Source: Balanoglossus misakiensis
Lineage: Eukaryota > Animalia > Hemichordata
Assembly: GCA_040954595.2 (NCBI GenBank)
Contig: CM082595.2
Span: forward strand, 4,490,137-4,554,136
Length of the DNA stretch: 64,000 nt
Direction: 5' to 3'
Shown here: positions 52,024 through 64,000 of the stretch, piece by piece
Layout: each line of letters starts with the position of its first letter
How positions within the stretch are numbered: position 1 is the stretch's first letter
Notes under the pieces: model-generated
The model's database searches: none
What the model was told of the DNA's origin: nothing
The model's input: the letters and a program-made list of their open reading frames with translations, nothing else
Program-made: the position numbers and the translations under genes

Positions 52024-53506
52024 TCAAAAGCTTTGAGTTCAATGAGTAATTTTCATCGCCACTCATGTGACAAGACAGTTCGCCACCGAATTTGTATTTT
52101 GTATAGAGACGAGGAAATAGTCACGTGCAGCGAGTTACTTTGAAGTTTCGGAATGAGTTGAGTTGTTTCTGTATTATACTATAAAATACCAATATATTTT
52201 TTTCCAAAATTGATCACAAAGATTCGTAAAGTCCCATGCTATCCATAGACTTTTTTAGTTCAAAACTATACATGTTCATAAGAATAAAATAACTTTTGAA
52301 AACGACTCGGAGAAGGTGTTGCTTGTCTTCATCTCTTACAACTGAGCAATACTGAGTAGTACATCAGTGGAGCTTAAAGTCTCCCGTAGGTCGAGTTTTC
52401 TTGTTACCAACCACGTGACTAGACAAACAAGCCACGACTTAAATGGTGGGTATGCCTGGGTCTCTATCTTGAAATATTTTGTCTACATGCTGAAAAGGCC
52501 TGAATGCATTCACGTTGAGTAACGCATTCTTTGGTGAACAACCCTGGAATATTCGGCGTGTTTCACGTGTTTGTGTTTTTTCCTCGGTAATCTGTGGATG
52601 TTTGCTTCCGGCGTTTGTTTGTCTTCTTTTGTTTGGACCACTGCGAATGAAACCGCGCTGAATCATGCTTTCTCGATGGCAAGTTTGAAGCGAACGGTCG
52701 ATGTCATGAGTAAGCCACGCGAAATAAAAACAAACACACATCACCAGAACCCTGTGAGGCTGGAAGTTGAAAGCAGCATGTGAAATAAAGCAGACACCTA
52801 CGGAAGAAAACGCCCTCAAGGGTGTACTCTACCAATGTTTTCACTGTCTCTCCATCACTCAAGTGTCAACAGCGAGGGCGCTTTGCAATCTGGGTTAGGG
52901 GCACATGAACTGATTTGGGGGTCATGAAATTTACAATTTCAATATACTTTATTCATGATAAAATAGAAATTATCCCTCATACCTTTATGTTCTGTAAACC
53001 ACCAAATCTCCCTTAGTTATATAAACTATACCATTTTTTTTACTTTGAGTAAATTCTATTCCTAACCTAATCACTGAAAATTATTGCATTTTTCTCAGAT
53101 TCTACCCCCAATAAAAGTTAACCATGAGTCAGGTACGAACTATTAATCCCTCACTGCCATGTTGCTTTGTCAAAAAATACGAGAAACAATGTTTTCTTCT
53201 TCCTTGGCCTTAGAACATTTGATAATGCCAATCAGATTCATCACTGAGTTGTACTTCCATTGTCTTCATTCACAACTTGGCTGAGCCAGTCGATCTGCAA
53301 GTAATGTAATAATTATATCAGAATTAGCTGCTCAATGAAACCATCTTTTAGGAAGTCAAACAATACCATGCATTTGTAAGATGCAAAAAAATGGTGAAAA
53401 ATACCTAATGGAGTTTTAAAAGCTTTTAAATTAGTAAAGTCTTATCTAACAGTGCACACATATTATAAAACAGTGTATGTTAGTCGTAAATACCAATACC
53501 TATACT

Positions 53507-56500
53507 TTACTTTGTATTCTGAGAGTTCCGGAAGAGAAAGTCACCAAGCGGTTCTGGACTGAACACACCCCTGTCGTAGACCACATTTCCCCGCACTATA
53601 GTCTTGTGAACCAATCCTTGAAAGGTCATGCCTTCATAAGGTGTCACTTTGTTCTTGTGTTCGATCATCTTCTTCTCAATCTGGTGAAATATCAAGATGT
53701 CGTGTCAAAATGCGGCGGGACATTTTTATCATATCCGACACACACAATGGTAGCCATCTTGTTTGTTCATAGAACTGCCTTTATGGCATTGACTTTATAC
53801 AATTTTTGAAACCAGAGTCTCTAGTTTGGCACATGTGCATAAAAAACGATTCTTGCCCTTTAAACAGGGGAACGAAACAATAAATAACAAAATAACAAAT
53901 AACTGACCTTCAAATGACCTTCGGGGTCCCAAATGACAAAATCGGCATCCATGCCCACTTTGATAGCACCCTTGCGATTGGACAAACCACACAGCTGAGC
54001 TGTCTGTTGGCACATCAGCCTGTGCAGGTCTTGGATGGAGAAGCTATGTTTTTGAGCATTGGTCCAGAACAGCGAGAGACCTGCAGACGAACATTCAGCC
54101 ATATTTATGAATCGTTTTCAACAAAAACAACTGGTTACTCTAAAAGCCCAAATTTCCCTACACTACACCCCCGCAGCACTGTGGAATGGACTGATCCATT
54201 CCTGAAGACAATGGGGCCGGACTATTACACAATGACCTGGGGTCATAAACAAGACTTTTATTAATGAACACAATTTACCAAACTGTAAAGATGATATTCC
54301 ACCCCAGGCTTCCATGAAGTCTCCTTTTTCCAAGAGTTTTAAATTTGCTGTGCAGGGTGAATGGTCAGACACAACCATGTCAATATCACCAATCTTTATA
54401 GCTTCCCATAATTTATCCTGGAAAAAATATACAAAGGAAATAAATAAATTTATTCAATTTTGCAGACATTTCGTTTTCTTCAAATTGGTCGCTTCAAAAT
54501 ATCCAATCCCAAACATCCCATTAGATTGCTTCCTGCTAGTTTAAATAAGCTGATTGGTCGGTTTGAATTATCCAGTCGCCTGATTGGCCTGTTCCCTGAT
54601 AGCTTAAACATGCACAGTGTCCCAGGGAGCTGATTGGTCAGTTTGAAATATCCAGTCACCTGATTGGTTTGTTCCCTGATTGGAGGACAGCACTTGTACT
54701 GAGTAGCACCATTTGGTATCGTTTCGGCGGCAAGAGACAGATAGTGATGACAGGTCTCAACAGTTAGAGGAGCCCCTTTGGCTCTGGCGTCTTGTATGAT
54801 GGGAAGGGCCTCAGCAGAAGACAAATGCACAATGTGACATGGTACTCTATAAAAGAAGATTGTAAGATACAAGAAACAGGTATTGTGGAATTCTGGCTAC
54901 CTTAAATAGATTTTTGCTCCCTAGGTGAGTGATGAAATTTCATATGGCTCGACACAATTTCAAGATGGGCGAATTTTGCCATGGTTAAGAAGGGAGGTTC
55001 ATAGGCTAAAGTGATACTGGGTCATTATGAATCTTTGCCTATTGATTTGCTTTCTTACAGCAGCGGCTATACACACATGAAACGTCCCTTACTTGTACTG
55101 TAGGCAAAGTCTTGCCAGAAGTTTGATGGCTTCATTTTCCATGGAGCAGGGCCTGGACTTGAGAAATGTCTCGTACTGGCCGGCATCCATTAATGAAACG
55201 TCCGGAGCAGTTCCATCGACCTCAGCATGAAACTGGAAGAAACAAAACAATACAATATCAGGAGGGGGGCATTAGTCTGGTTCACACTGGGTAAATTTTG
55301 GAACATTTCAGAGACACTATTTGCCATTTGAAAACATAGAGGATTAACCCTTTGAGTGCTTTTTGTCCACACACACACAAAGTTAAATCATAGACCCTGA
55401 CGCTCGGCCCCATACACAATGTGTTGCAGAGGGGAGTTTATCCTTTACACTGGCCCAGGTCTGGCCGACCTTTGGTTAGACCTTTAAGAGAGGGAACTGG
55501 GGGGAAACGGGTGAATGAAACCTACTAGGAGCACGCTCTCAGTCCCTTGCAGTTGCTTCATCGCCTCGTGCAAGTCGTCCTCGGTGACATGAGGGAACTC
55601 GTCAACTCCACTGAAGATCAGGAAACACTTGAAGCCGGCAATTCCTGCCTGGATCATTGGCCTGAGTTCAAACTGAGAGAGGAGATATTTGTGAAAGACG
55701 GCACTTCTAATCTACACCCATTATTATAATCACCAAACATAAACAGTTGACAAAATGCACTACAGTTTGCAATTATTGGTCATATTCATGAATATCCAAG
55801 TCCCATGCGAGTTTCACATTTACCTGATTCCCGGGTACCACTCCTCCCCAGAATGCAACATCCACAAAGCACTGTCCTTTTGCATGCTGCAGCTTGGTAT
55901 CGAATGCATCCATGGTAATGGTGGATGGAATACTGTTTCTACATTGCAAGGAAATCAGAAAATATGTCTGTCTTTTCCAACAAAAAGTTCCATGTACAGA
56001 CAAAAGGGCCATATAATCTATAGGAATGCCCACACCAACAAATTATGGGCCTTTAAATAAACAGACTTACAGTGGCATGTCAACTATAGTTGTGATTCCA
56101 CCAGCAGCTGCAGCTCTGGTGGCGGTCTCGTAACCCTCCCAGTCTGTCCGGCCGGGTTCATTGACATGTACGTGACTGTCAACGATTCCCGGCATGACCA
56201 GCAGATCGCCACACTCCATGACCTACATGGAGAGGAGGAAGAAAGCAGAGCTCATGAATATACCCTAACATGTCAACAAACAAAAGTGACCATACTTATA
56301 AACAAACAAACAAACAGTTTTTGTTTTGTTTATTATGCCAACCAATAACAACAAACAAACAACACACGCAATAAAAGCGCGGGGGAAGCGCCCTCCTGTG
56401 ATTGGCTGAGTGTGGGGGGCGTGGCAGATTGTCCAACTTTATTGATCACCCCTAGCTTGCGAACGTCTCCAAAGCTAGTACCACATGCTCTATATACTGG

Positions 56501-57025
56501 ACTTGGAAGTGGAGTGTGAAAGCCAAGTTTGATGCATACTTATAGTATTATACCCTGGACTGTGAATTGCCATTCTCGAGAGCCAGAATCATCAACCTTG
56601 CCCCCATGCATAAACTGTTGCCGTATTGTTGAGGTCGTGGTTCACGACGCTGTGAACTGTCCACGACCTTCCAATGTCAGCTCAGTTTGGTACTAAGCTG
56701 TAGCATGTGTAGTAGTAATAGTACGTTTATTTTCCGGTTGGCCACTTTCTATTTGACATACATACTAGTATAGTTGCAATGGTCCCCGCCCCCCTGGGGG
56801 GATCTGCCACGCGACTGCAATTAATGGACTGTACCATTACTGTGTACGTGTACGTCCTTTGGCATTGCATATCTATGCACGTACCTCACACCCTCCGTGG
56901 TCATGTTTGCTTGGATGTCCGTGTTCGATGTCCACTATAACCCCATCTCTGACCGTTATGGAGGCCTGTGAAATGGTACCGTTTTCAAGGAGAACGCGAT
57001 TTCCGGAAATAATCAGGGATGTCAT
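53507..57025 (-). CDS. Allantoinase (amidohydrolase superfamily), 9 exons
   Basis: [11 protein letters not shown]..; [41 protein letters not shown]|NSIP; [10 protein letters not shown]; HIVHLSS; ETCHHYL; KCCPPIR; VVSDHSPC; AWGGISSLQ; HKNKVTPY. Confidence 0.93.
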
Positions 57026-57029
57026 TATA

Positions 57030-57560
57030 TTACTGTCAGTAAGGGATGATGTTGTCGCCTGATGGGGGCTGGAAATGTCCGTTTGTGGCGCTGTTCATAT
57101 CAGTTGTTTGTTTCCGTGTCGGGGGGGGGGGGGGTTAAATACTGGAGGTAACCCCTCCCCTCTTGCGCACTGTTTTGTAAGGAGGAAAATTGTGTTTTTG
57201 ATTGTGAGGAAGGACATAGGCCTAGATCTGAATATTCAAAAGAGAAAAAACACGAAATAATTTTAAAAGGGGTGAAAATTCCAATTTATGAGGGCATAAA
57301 ATCCCGGCGTGGCCCAACCTGCTGCCTGGCCTGATGCGACATTTATAGACGACCCCTTAGTGGGCACGAGTGTGACGTAATGGCCGAAGGAACGCACGTA
57401 CACTGGTAACGATGGTTACGTAATATGGCGGAGAACAGCTAGAATCCAGTGTGTATTGTTTCCTTGATGATCGAATTTCTGCTCTTCAGTACGGCCCAGT
57501 TTGAAACAAAGAAGTCTACCGTGCGGGGGGAGCCTTCAAGTAAAAGTTTTTGTAAGGTAA
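57030..57560. promoter_or_regulatory. Putative bidirectional promoter between allantoinase and the sialyltransferase
   Basis: Head-to-head genes; CRE-like TGACGTAA at ~57374; YY1-like ATATGGCGG at ~57423; candidate 5' UTR donor gtaag at ~57552-57560. Confidence 0.4.
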
Positions 57561-58399
57561 GAGGATTCACGGGGCCGTTTTCGGGCTGGACGTCCACATT
57601 CAGTGGACATGGACCTCGACCGGACAGGCACCAACTTCAAATGCGATCGCGGTCGTTGTTGACAATTTAGTTCCACAGCTCACAGCATAGCTGCACAGCT
57701 ACTTAAAAACAAAATAAGGGGATCCGACATACAAGCAGAAATACTTTCGTTTTCCGGCCACTGACCAAAGACGACAAAGTGGAATCATGAATGTTGGTGG
57801 TGCATGCGACGCCACTTGGGAGTACACGATCGATCACATACTCTCGCTCTTTTATAGGTTAATATGTCTGTTCATCTGGCCATAAGTAATCAACTACCTT
57901 CCTTCAACATTTATTAAGCCGATTCTGTGATCATGTTTAGTAAAATGGAAACAGGGCCGGTTAACGGTTTACCCCAAAATCCTATAGCCATTATCTGACG
58001 CCATGGTTTCTTGAGGTCAAGGGTCACCATAAGAGCCAGAGAAAGGGGCAACAGAAAAGTGAAACTTGTTGCATCAAATTACGATATCCTAAATTGCAGG
58101 ACCTTTACATGAAACAAAAACAATCCATAAAAAATAAAAAATAATAACCCGAAAATTTATTTTTGATAGCTTCTGCACTTCCAGTAGAAAGTAGCCATCT
58201 TGGAATTATGTCACATGCCATGCTATGGGAATTTATAATCATTTACCTAGGGAGCTAAAACCTATTTAATGTAGCATGAATTGGCCAATTGGAGAATAAC
58301 TGTCATGCCAAAGTCTAATGATGTTTCTTTTGTTATTTAGGATCAAGAAGAAAACTGTATTCATTGTAATGCGTTGAAAGTCTACAGCAGGACGGGGTG

Positions 58400-60775
58400 A
58401 TGGGTGGAGAGCTTCAGCCGGGTGGCTGCTGCAGCTATCAGCGCAAAAAGTATTACGCCTGGTGCTTTACTGCCTTGTGTGTGATCACGGTTTGCCTTCT
58501 AACCAGCCAGCCAGTTTCCCTTCCGGTACCCTCCTTCTTTACCAGTAACACGTGCAAAATAAAAGTGGTCGTTCAGAATAAGTCGACGTTACTATGGTAC
58601 CCGTCGGAGGATCCAGACACGCCCATTGCTCTGTCTGCATCAGAGTTTGGTCCGCTCCATCCAACACAAGGATATCCATTTGACAGTGCTGTCAACCTGC
58701 TACCAAAAGAGGAACCATGGCTGGAAATGATATTCGAGCGATACGACCGCAACTTCGACAGTTCCGAGGAAAACCCACCGGATTTCAAAAATCGGCGGAA
58801 AGGGAAATCAGACGCGTCCGTCGAGGAAATCAGTTGCCGACTCGAAGAATCGGCGCCCGTACTGTTCATAAAACCGGAAGATTCCCCGTTTCATGAAATC
58901 GGAATTGGGAAGATTTTTCCGGGAAAATCGCTTCTTGAAGACGCAAGCGAGCCACAGTACAAGACGTGTGCCGTTGTTATGAGTGGAATCTCCCTCAGTG
59001 AATCTATGCTGGGAAAAGAAATAGGTAAGATTGAAATTCCACAAGATGCAACAGGATTAAATGCGTTCGACGCATTCAAACTTCTTTCCACATTTCATGC
59101 GCACCGTTTGAGTAGACTTAGGTTTTGTTCCTTCTATCCACCCAATTTGCTGTCGTTTCTCGTTCTTCAACACAGGCTATTTTGTCCGCCATCTTGTCTG
59201 TTGTTAAGACATCACACTGCCTTATGGCATGGACTGTATTTTTGTAACCTTACCAGAGTCTCTGGTTTTTCCCCCATGCATATAAGACTTAGGTGGGACC
59301 TCAAAATTTCAATATTGGATTTAAAAAAATAATGCTTTTATTAGTTACCCAATCCTCTAAAAATTCCACCTTTCTCACCAGATTCACACGACGCAGTGCT
59401 GCGTTTCAACTATGCACCCACCAAAGGATATGAAACAGACGTCGGCAGTAAAACGACGCTTCGCATAGTCAACAATAAAGTGTTCAGAGAAAAGAAGTTA
59501 CGGGAAAAACTGGAGCGATTGGAAGAGGACAACACCACCATTGTGTCCTGGAGAGAAGGGCCGTACAATGCAAATATGCACAAGGTGAGATGATCTGTGT
59601 TTTTCTATACAGACAGAATTATCGCAGCAGTAGTGATGCTCAGATCGTAAGAGTCCTAATAGAAAGTCTGTATTGGAATCAGTATATTGTTCACAAGAGT
59701 GAAAAAACTCGCCAAAATGAATAATCGGTCTCTACCATTTATTCATTTTGAGCGAATTTTTAGGGTCATATCATACAAGCGGGATGGAAGTTGTGTGTGG
59801 TCGAACGTTGATTCACTATATATCCACATGTAAATTAATACACACAGTGTCTTGTATCAAACATTATTAATGGAAAAAGGGCAGCGTGAGAGAGACGTTG
59901 TCCCTTTAACAGAAGCTCTGATTTCTATTGTGTTTTTATCTCTCCAATGCAGTGGTACACAGACAGCAAGAGTATCTTCTGTGACTACGTGAAATGGCAC
60001 TACAGACACCCAACCATGCCAGTTCACATGCTGCGTTTGGAGACAATCTGGAAACTCTGGGATGCGGTACAAGAATTCACTGCAGACGAACTGAGTGCGT
60101 TTCCCCTCACATCAGGATTTCTAGGTAAGTCTGTAACCCTCTCACCCCTATTTCTCATTTTATCGGTCCAACCATGCATTGACAAAAGTATGTTGATAAA
60201 AATTTGGGTCTAAAATGTTTAAAGATGTAATGTCTCTGAAAAATGTAAGTACAAAGATAGGCTATGCAGTATAGCTACTTTTTCAATTAGGGGGGGTCTC
60301 AAAAATGTCATCTACCATAAAATCAATAAACCCTTTTCAAAAGTCCAGCCCCCTCACGCAGCCATCTTGAATTTGATCTCAAAGCAAAATCAATGGGGAA
60401 AGTTGACCAATCACATCAAGGGTGTTTCCCCACTGGCCTCGCTTTGAGTTCAAATTCATGATGGCTGCTTGGGGGCGCTAAACGAACAAAAAGGGTGTAT
60501 TCCAATGTCCCGTTTCTCCACCAGGTATACACCTGATGATGCACATGTGCGATGAAGTCCACGTCTACGGTTACGTGCCCCGGAAGAACGACCGATACTG
60601 CTACTACTACGAAGACTGCTGTCTTTTCTGCGGTTGGCTCCTGTTCGACCACCATCCGATCGATGCTGAAAAGGAGCTCGCGAAACGACTGCACGCGGGC
60701 CCGGAAGACGAAATCCTAGAGAAAAGAAGAATTACCATAAAAGGATATTCTCAGAACGTCTGCCGAAAAGGTTGA
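58400..60775 (+). CDS. GT29 sialyltransferase, ST6Gal-like, 416 aa; exons 58400-59024, 59382-59584, 59953-60124, 60525-60775
   Basis: Type II TM; sialylmotif [16 protein letters not shown]|[26 protein letters not shown]; S motif PLTSGFL|[17 protein letters not shown]; motif III CYYYE; VS motif HPIDAEK. Confidence 0.9.
59690..59909. mobile_element. Second copy of the palindromic MITE, opposite orientation, in a sialyltransferase intron
   Basis: Shares the ~130-bp arm TACAAGCGGGATGGAAG..GTCCCTTTAA with 22282-22418; its centre is the reverse complement of the first copy's centre. Confidence 0.7.
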
Positions 60776-61697
60776 TGACTATAATAGGAACCATTTATTG
60801 CCCATTAGATATGTATTTATGAAGAAAATATACACCTCTCAGCCTCGTAGAAAATATATCTCTAGTTATATATTGTGGGCAATCTGAGTTGCTTAGTGTG
60901 GTCTGTTTTACAGAGCAGGAACATAAAAATTTACAACTCAGGAGACAATAAAAATTGAGGACTATTTCATTAAAAAGTTCACACATATTTCCGGTATGCA
61001 AAATGGACATGCCATTGTTAGATATTGAGTATACCTTATGAACAATGTATGAATCAGAATTATTAGAACTAAACTGAATATTAGAAAAAAGTTGACCACA
61101 TAAAGGGTTTTTTTTTGTTTGTTTTATAACACTAAGACACAGAGACACACAAAGAAATCTGAACCACATTCTGCCTATGTATACATGATTGAATTTCATT
61201 GTAAATCAAATACCGCTGCATGATTTCTTGATTATCATATTTCTATTAGAACTGTGGCTTAAAGATGATTTATAATCAGTTAAATAAAAGTCAATTCCTA
61301 CTGTTTTTAACAGTGGAGAAAACTGTGTTAAATAGAGCATGAAAGACTAAAATTATAATTCATTAATAAATTTATGCAAAAGTGCAACCAGTGACATACG
61401 ACCATATCTGGACTATGAGTGAGATCTATCAATTTTCCAATAAAGCATGTGACTATGCAATTTCATATCAGGACATGGACAAATTGTGTTATATAACACA
61501 TATTGCTTGGCCTATTTCGAGCTATAGCAATTATTCCCTTCATGAGTGAGTTACCAGAACTCCATGATATTCGCATGGGGCAATAAACGAGTGCTATGGC
61601 CCTCATGGCCAGGCAATATGCGTTCACTACTGCCTGAATTTTCAGCTATGGGCATTGATATGTTATCTTCCTGAGAAATTGCGCCTTCATTCCAGAT

Positions 61698-63480
61698 CTA
61701 CAACTCATCCTTTATCCCATCCATCAATCCCAGATCCACGTGCTCTTTCAGGAGGCTTGCAATCTCCCCTCCCCCTCGCACCAACTCGTCGATGAACTCA
61801 TTCTGTTTCTGCTTCAGCTCGCGTTGCAGGACGTCGTTGAACAACACCATCTTCTCCCTCTCCCCGCTCAGCGCCATATCCATCTCCTGGTCCGGCTCCT
61901 CCGAAGACCCCCATACATTCCAGCTCTCGAGAGCGTTTTCCAGATTGGCGTCGACATCAGCCTTGGTAAAGTGGTCCTTTCCTTCACTCAGCCTATCAAA
62001 GATCTGCAAAATTGCAAATGCAAGATGCTATGATGTGAGAAATGAACACTGGTATAACAAGTTAGTTGCCAAGTGATTTTGCAGCAATATTGCCATAGCT
62101 GTAGACCTGAACATGCACACATTTACGTGTAATTTTTAGATTCTTTTGGCAACAAGTCTATGATATCCATGTTTTCTTTTTCCACGATGGCACAAATGGA
62201 CTCAACACTGACTCATATCAGAACGCCAGTATTCATTCACTATTCCTTCTCTTGTTCATAACATTTGTATCTCTAACAATTGCCCCAGCAACAAGGAATT
62301 GATATACAGATCTTACAACCTAGACACTTCCCACCAACAAGTTAGGGCCAGAGCACATTTATTAATAATAACAAAAGGCGATGGGCTTTAACTTTACCTC
62401 TTTTGCTTTGGCTTCACTCCCTCCGATAACCTTTACATAACTGTCAACAAATTCCTGTTCACTGACTGTGTCACTTGTTTCCATCCAGGACTCCACCAGA
62501 TTTCTGCATGGAAAATAAACATGGAATATGTTTTTTTTTTCATGGAAGTCATCACACTAAAACACGCACACTGGCATCATGTCCTAGTCACTGAAATGGC
62601 ACACAAATGGCAACCTAAACTATGTCCGGGCTCAATTAATTAGCAGTATTTCTTTTTTGTATGTAATAATAAATTCTAAGTACGTGCATTCAACCAATTT
62701 TTTGAAAACACCATTTTTAATATCCCTGCAAACTGGGCCAAATACATAGTCATGGATACCACCATTAACACTTTCTATTTTTGCTAGTCGCGTGCCTGGA
62801 CACCCCTATTTACTAGTACACAGATCCAAATTTTGCCCCCAGACAATATTTTAGGAACAAACAACAATGTGTAGGGGTGAAAGGGTCTCGCATTAGACGT
62901 GTGGGTGTGTCAATGAAGTACTCACTCTATCACTTCGTCAGGAATGAAAAAGTATTCAAAAAGCCCATCTGTGTTGGACGGTTCATCGCTTTCATAGCTC
63001 AGAATAAATTTTCTGATGGTGTCAATGTCGAGGGCTTTTACATCGTCTTTTGTCAGGTAACCTTTGCCCTTCACATCCAAAATGTCAAACATCTGCAATA
63101 AAAACGACAACACAAATCATCATTGTTTTCATAGAGTACATTATGCTCTTTTGAAATTTATGGATATTGGTGCTTCATTCGGCTGCATAATGAAAATACT
63201 ATATTTAGAACTGCACAGCTGGTTCACACTAAAGGAAAATATGTAAATAGTGGAATTAAAAGTAGAGGATGGAATAGAGAACAGAAATAACCACAAACAG
63301 GAATACAACGATTGCTTTTGCATCCTGTTTTTGTCAAATTTGTATCTTTTTATGTAACTCACATTTTTCAAACCATTAACTTTTTCTACTGGGGCATCGG
63401 GATCCATCAACTGAAATTCCCTGATCAGATTCTCCAACTTAAACGTTCCATATGCCTCCACTGCCCTCAGCAAATCATTC
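61698..63480 (-). CDS. 3' exons of an ER-luminal EF-hand protein ending in KDEL (exons ~63363-63480, ~62925-63092, ~62399-62503, 61698-~62003); 5' part beyond the window
   Basis: EF-hand-like MFDILDVKGKGYLTKDDV and degenerate IFDRLSEGKDHFTKADV; acidic; C-terminus ..DGIKDEL*. Confidence 0.75.
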
Positions 63481-63562
63481 CTGTAATTTCAGAAAAATAA
63501 ATGCATGTAAGAATGTGATATTTGACCTCACCAACAGATAAGCAACGGGGAAAAATAAAAAT

Positions 63563-63589
63563 GTCATCATCATCGTCGTTATCATCATC

Positions 63590-63626
<37 letters not shown>

Positions 63627-63634
63627 CCACCACC

Positions 63635-63668
<34 letters not shown>

Positions 63669-63682
63669 TCATAATCATCGTC
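63563..63682. repeat. Intronic (CAT)n/(CAC)n compound microsatellite
   Basis: Directly visible. Confidence 0.9.
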
Positions 63683-64000
63683 GTTGTCACTGAGTTTGTA
63701 GAATTGCCATATGGCCGCATTCAATAGACAAGATTTTTGGCATGGGCACTACCGAGCAGAAAGTACACTTTTGTCTTCCAATGTGTGCTTGTTTGAACAC
63801 GGTTGCCCTGGTGACCTTGGAGATAACCCACACATGAACAAATTTTGACCGTTTTTAACTCCTTGCTCATTTCGAAGCTAATTTTGACACTGGTGTAACT
63901 TTCACATGTTCACACATGCCATTTGTGGCCTGGTTCTATGTCCATACAATTTAGAACTGCATTGTTGACGTCCATGGTCAGTGGGGTTCAAATATATGCC

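Noticed and set aside
50237-52066. Multiple antisense and alternative-frame ORFs over the 553-aa gene (likewise over 30365-31674)
   Set aside because: Expected shadow ORFs of GC-rich coding sequence.
59025-59332. C-terminal third of the 311-aa ORF
   Set aside because: Read-through into the intron; sialylmotif L continues in the exon at 59382.
63467-63724. Poly-Asp/Gly and poly-Met ORFs
   Set aside because: Intronic (CAT)n/(CAC)n microsatellite.

Overview
Eukaryotic, intron-rich animal DNA. An invertebrate deuterostome such as a hemichordate is my inference from gene content and repeat style, not something proven here. By hand-splicing I can build 11 full gene models and 2 partial ones. In order: an orphan signal-peptide first exon (-, 13252-13333; gene runs off the left edge); TMEM47/VAB-9-like tetraspan (-); Ig-SEA-SEA-TM protein with a PPxY tail (+); a small 2-exon type II mucin-like gene missed by the ORF track (+); secreted 4xCCP + 2xLamG-like protein (+); mucin-SEA-TM protein (-); two tandem LicD/fukutin-related transferases (+); an atypical non-alpha Cys-loop receptor subunit (-); an RRxS-rich protein with a single coding exon (+); allantoinase (-); ST6Gal-like sialyltransferase (+); and the 3' part of an EF-hand KDEL protein (-). 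Mobile DNA includes a non-autonomous LTR element family with a tRNA-Leu PBS (a tandem array at 1-2520 and a TSD-flanked copy at 44356-46264), TTAA-type MITEs, a palindromic MITE, a tRNA-SINE and a probable DIRS/Ngaro relic. The most suggestive higher-order pattern is a compact cluster of mucin/SEA membrane proteins, LicD transferases and a LamG-CCP protein, a possible glycocalyx writer/substrate/reader module; this is a hypothesis only. All alignments and exon models were made by eye, with no database search.
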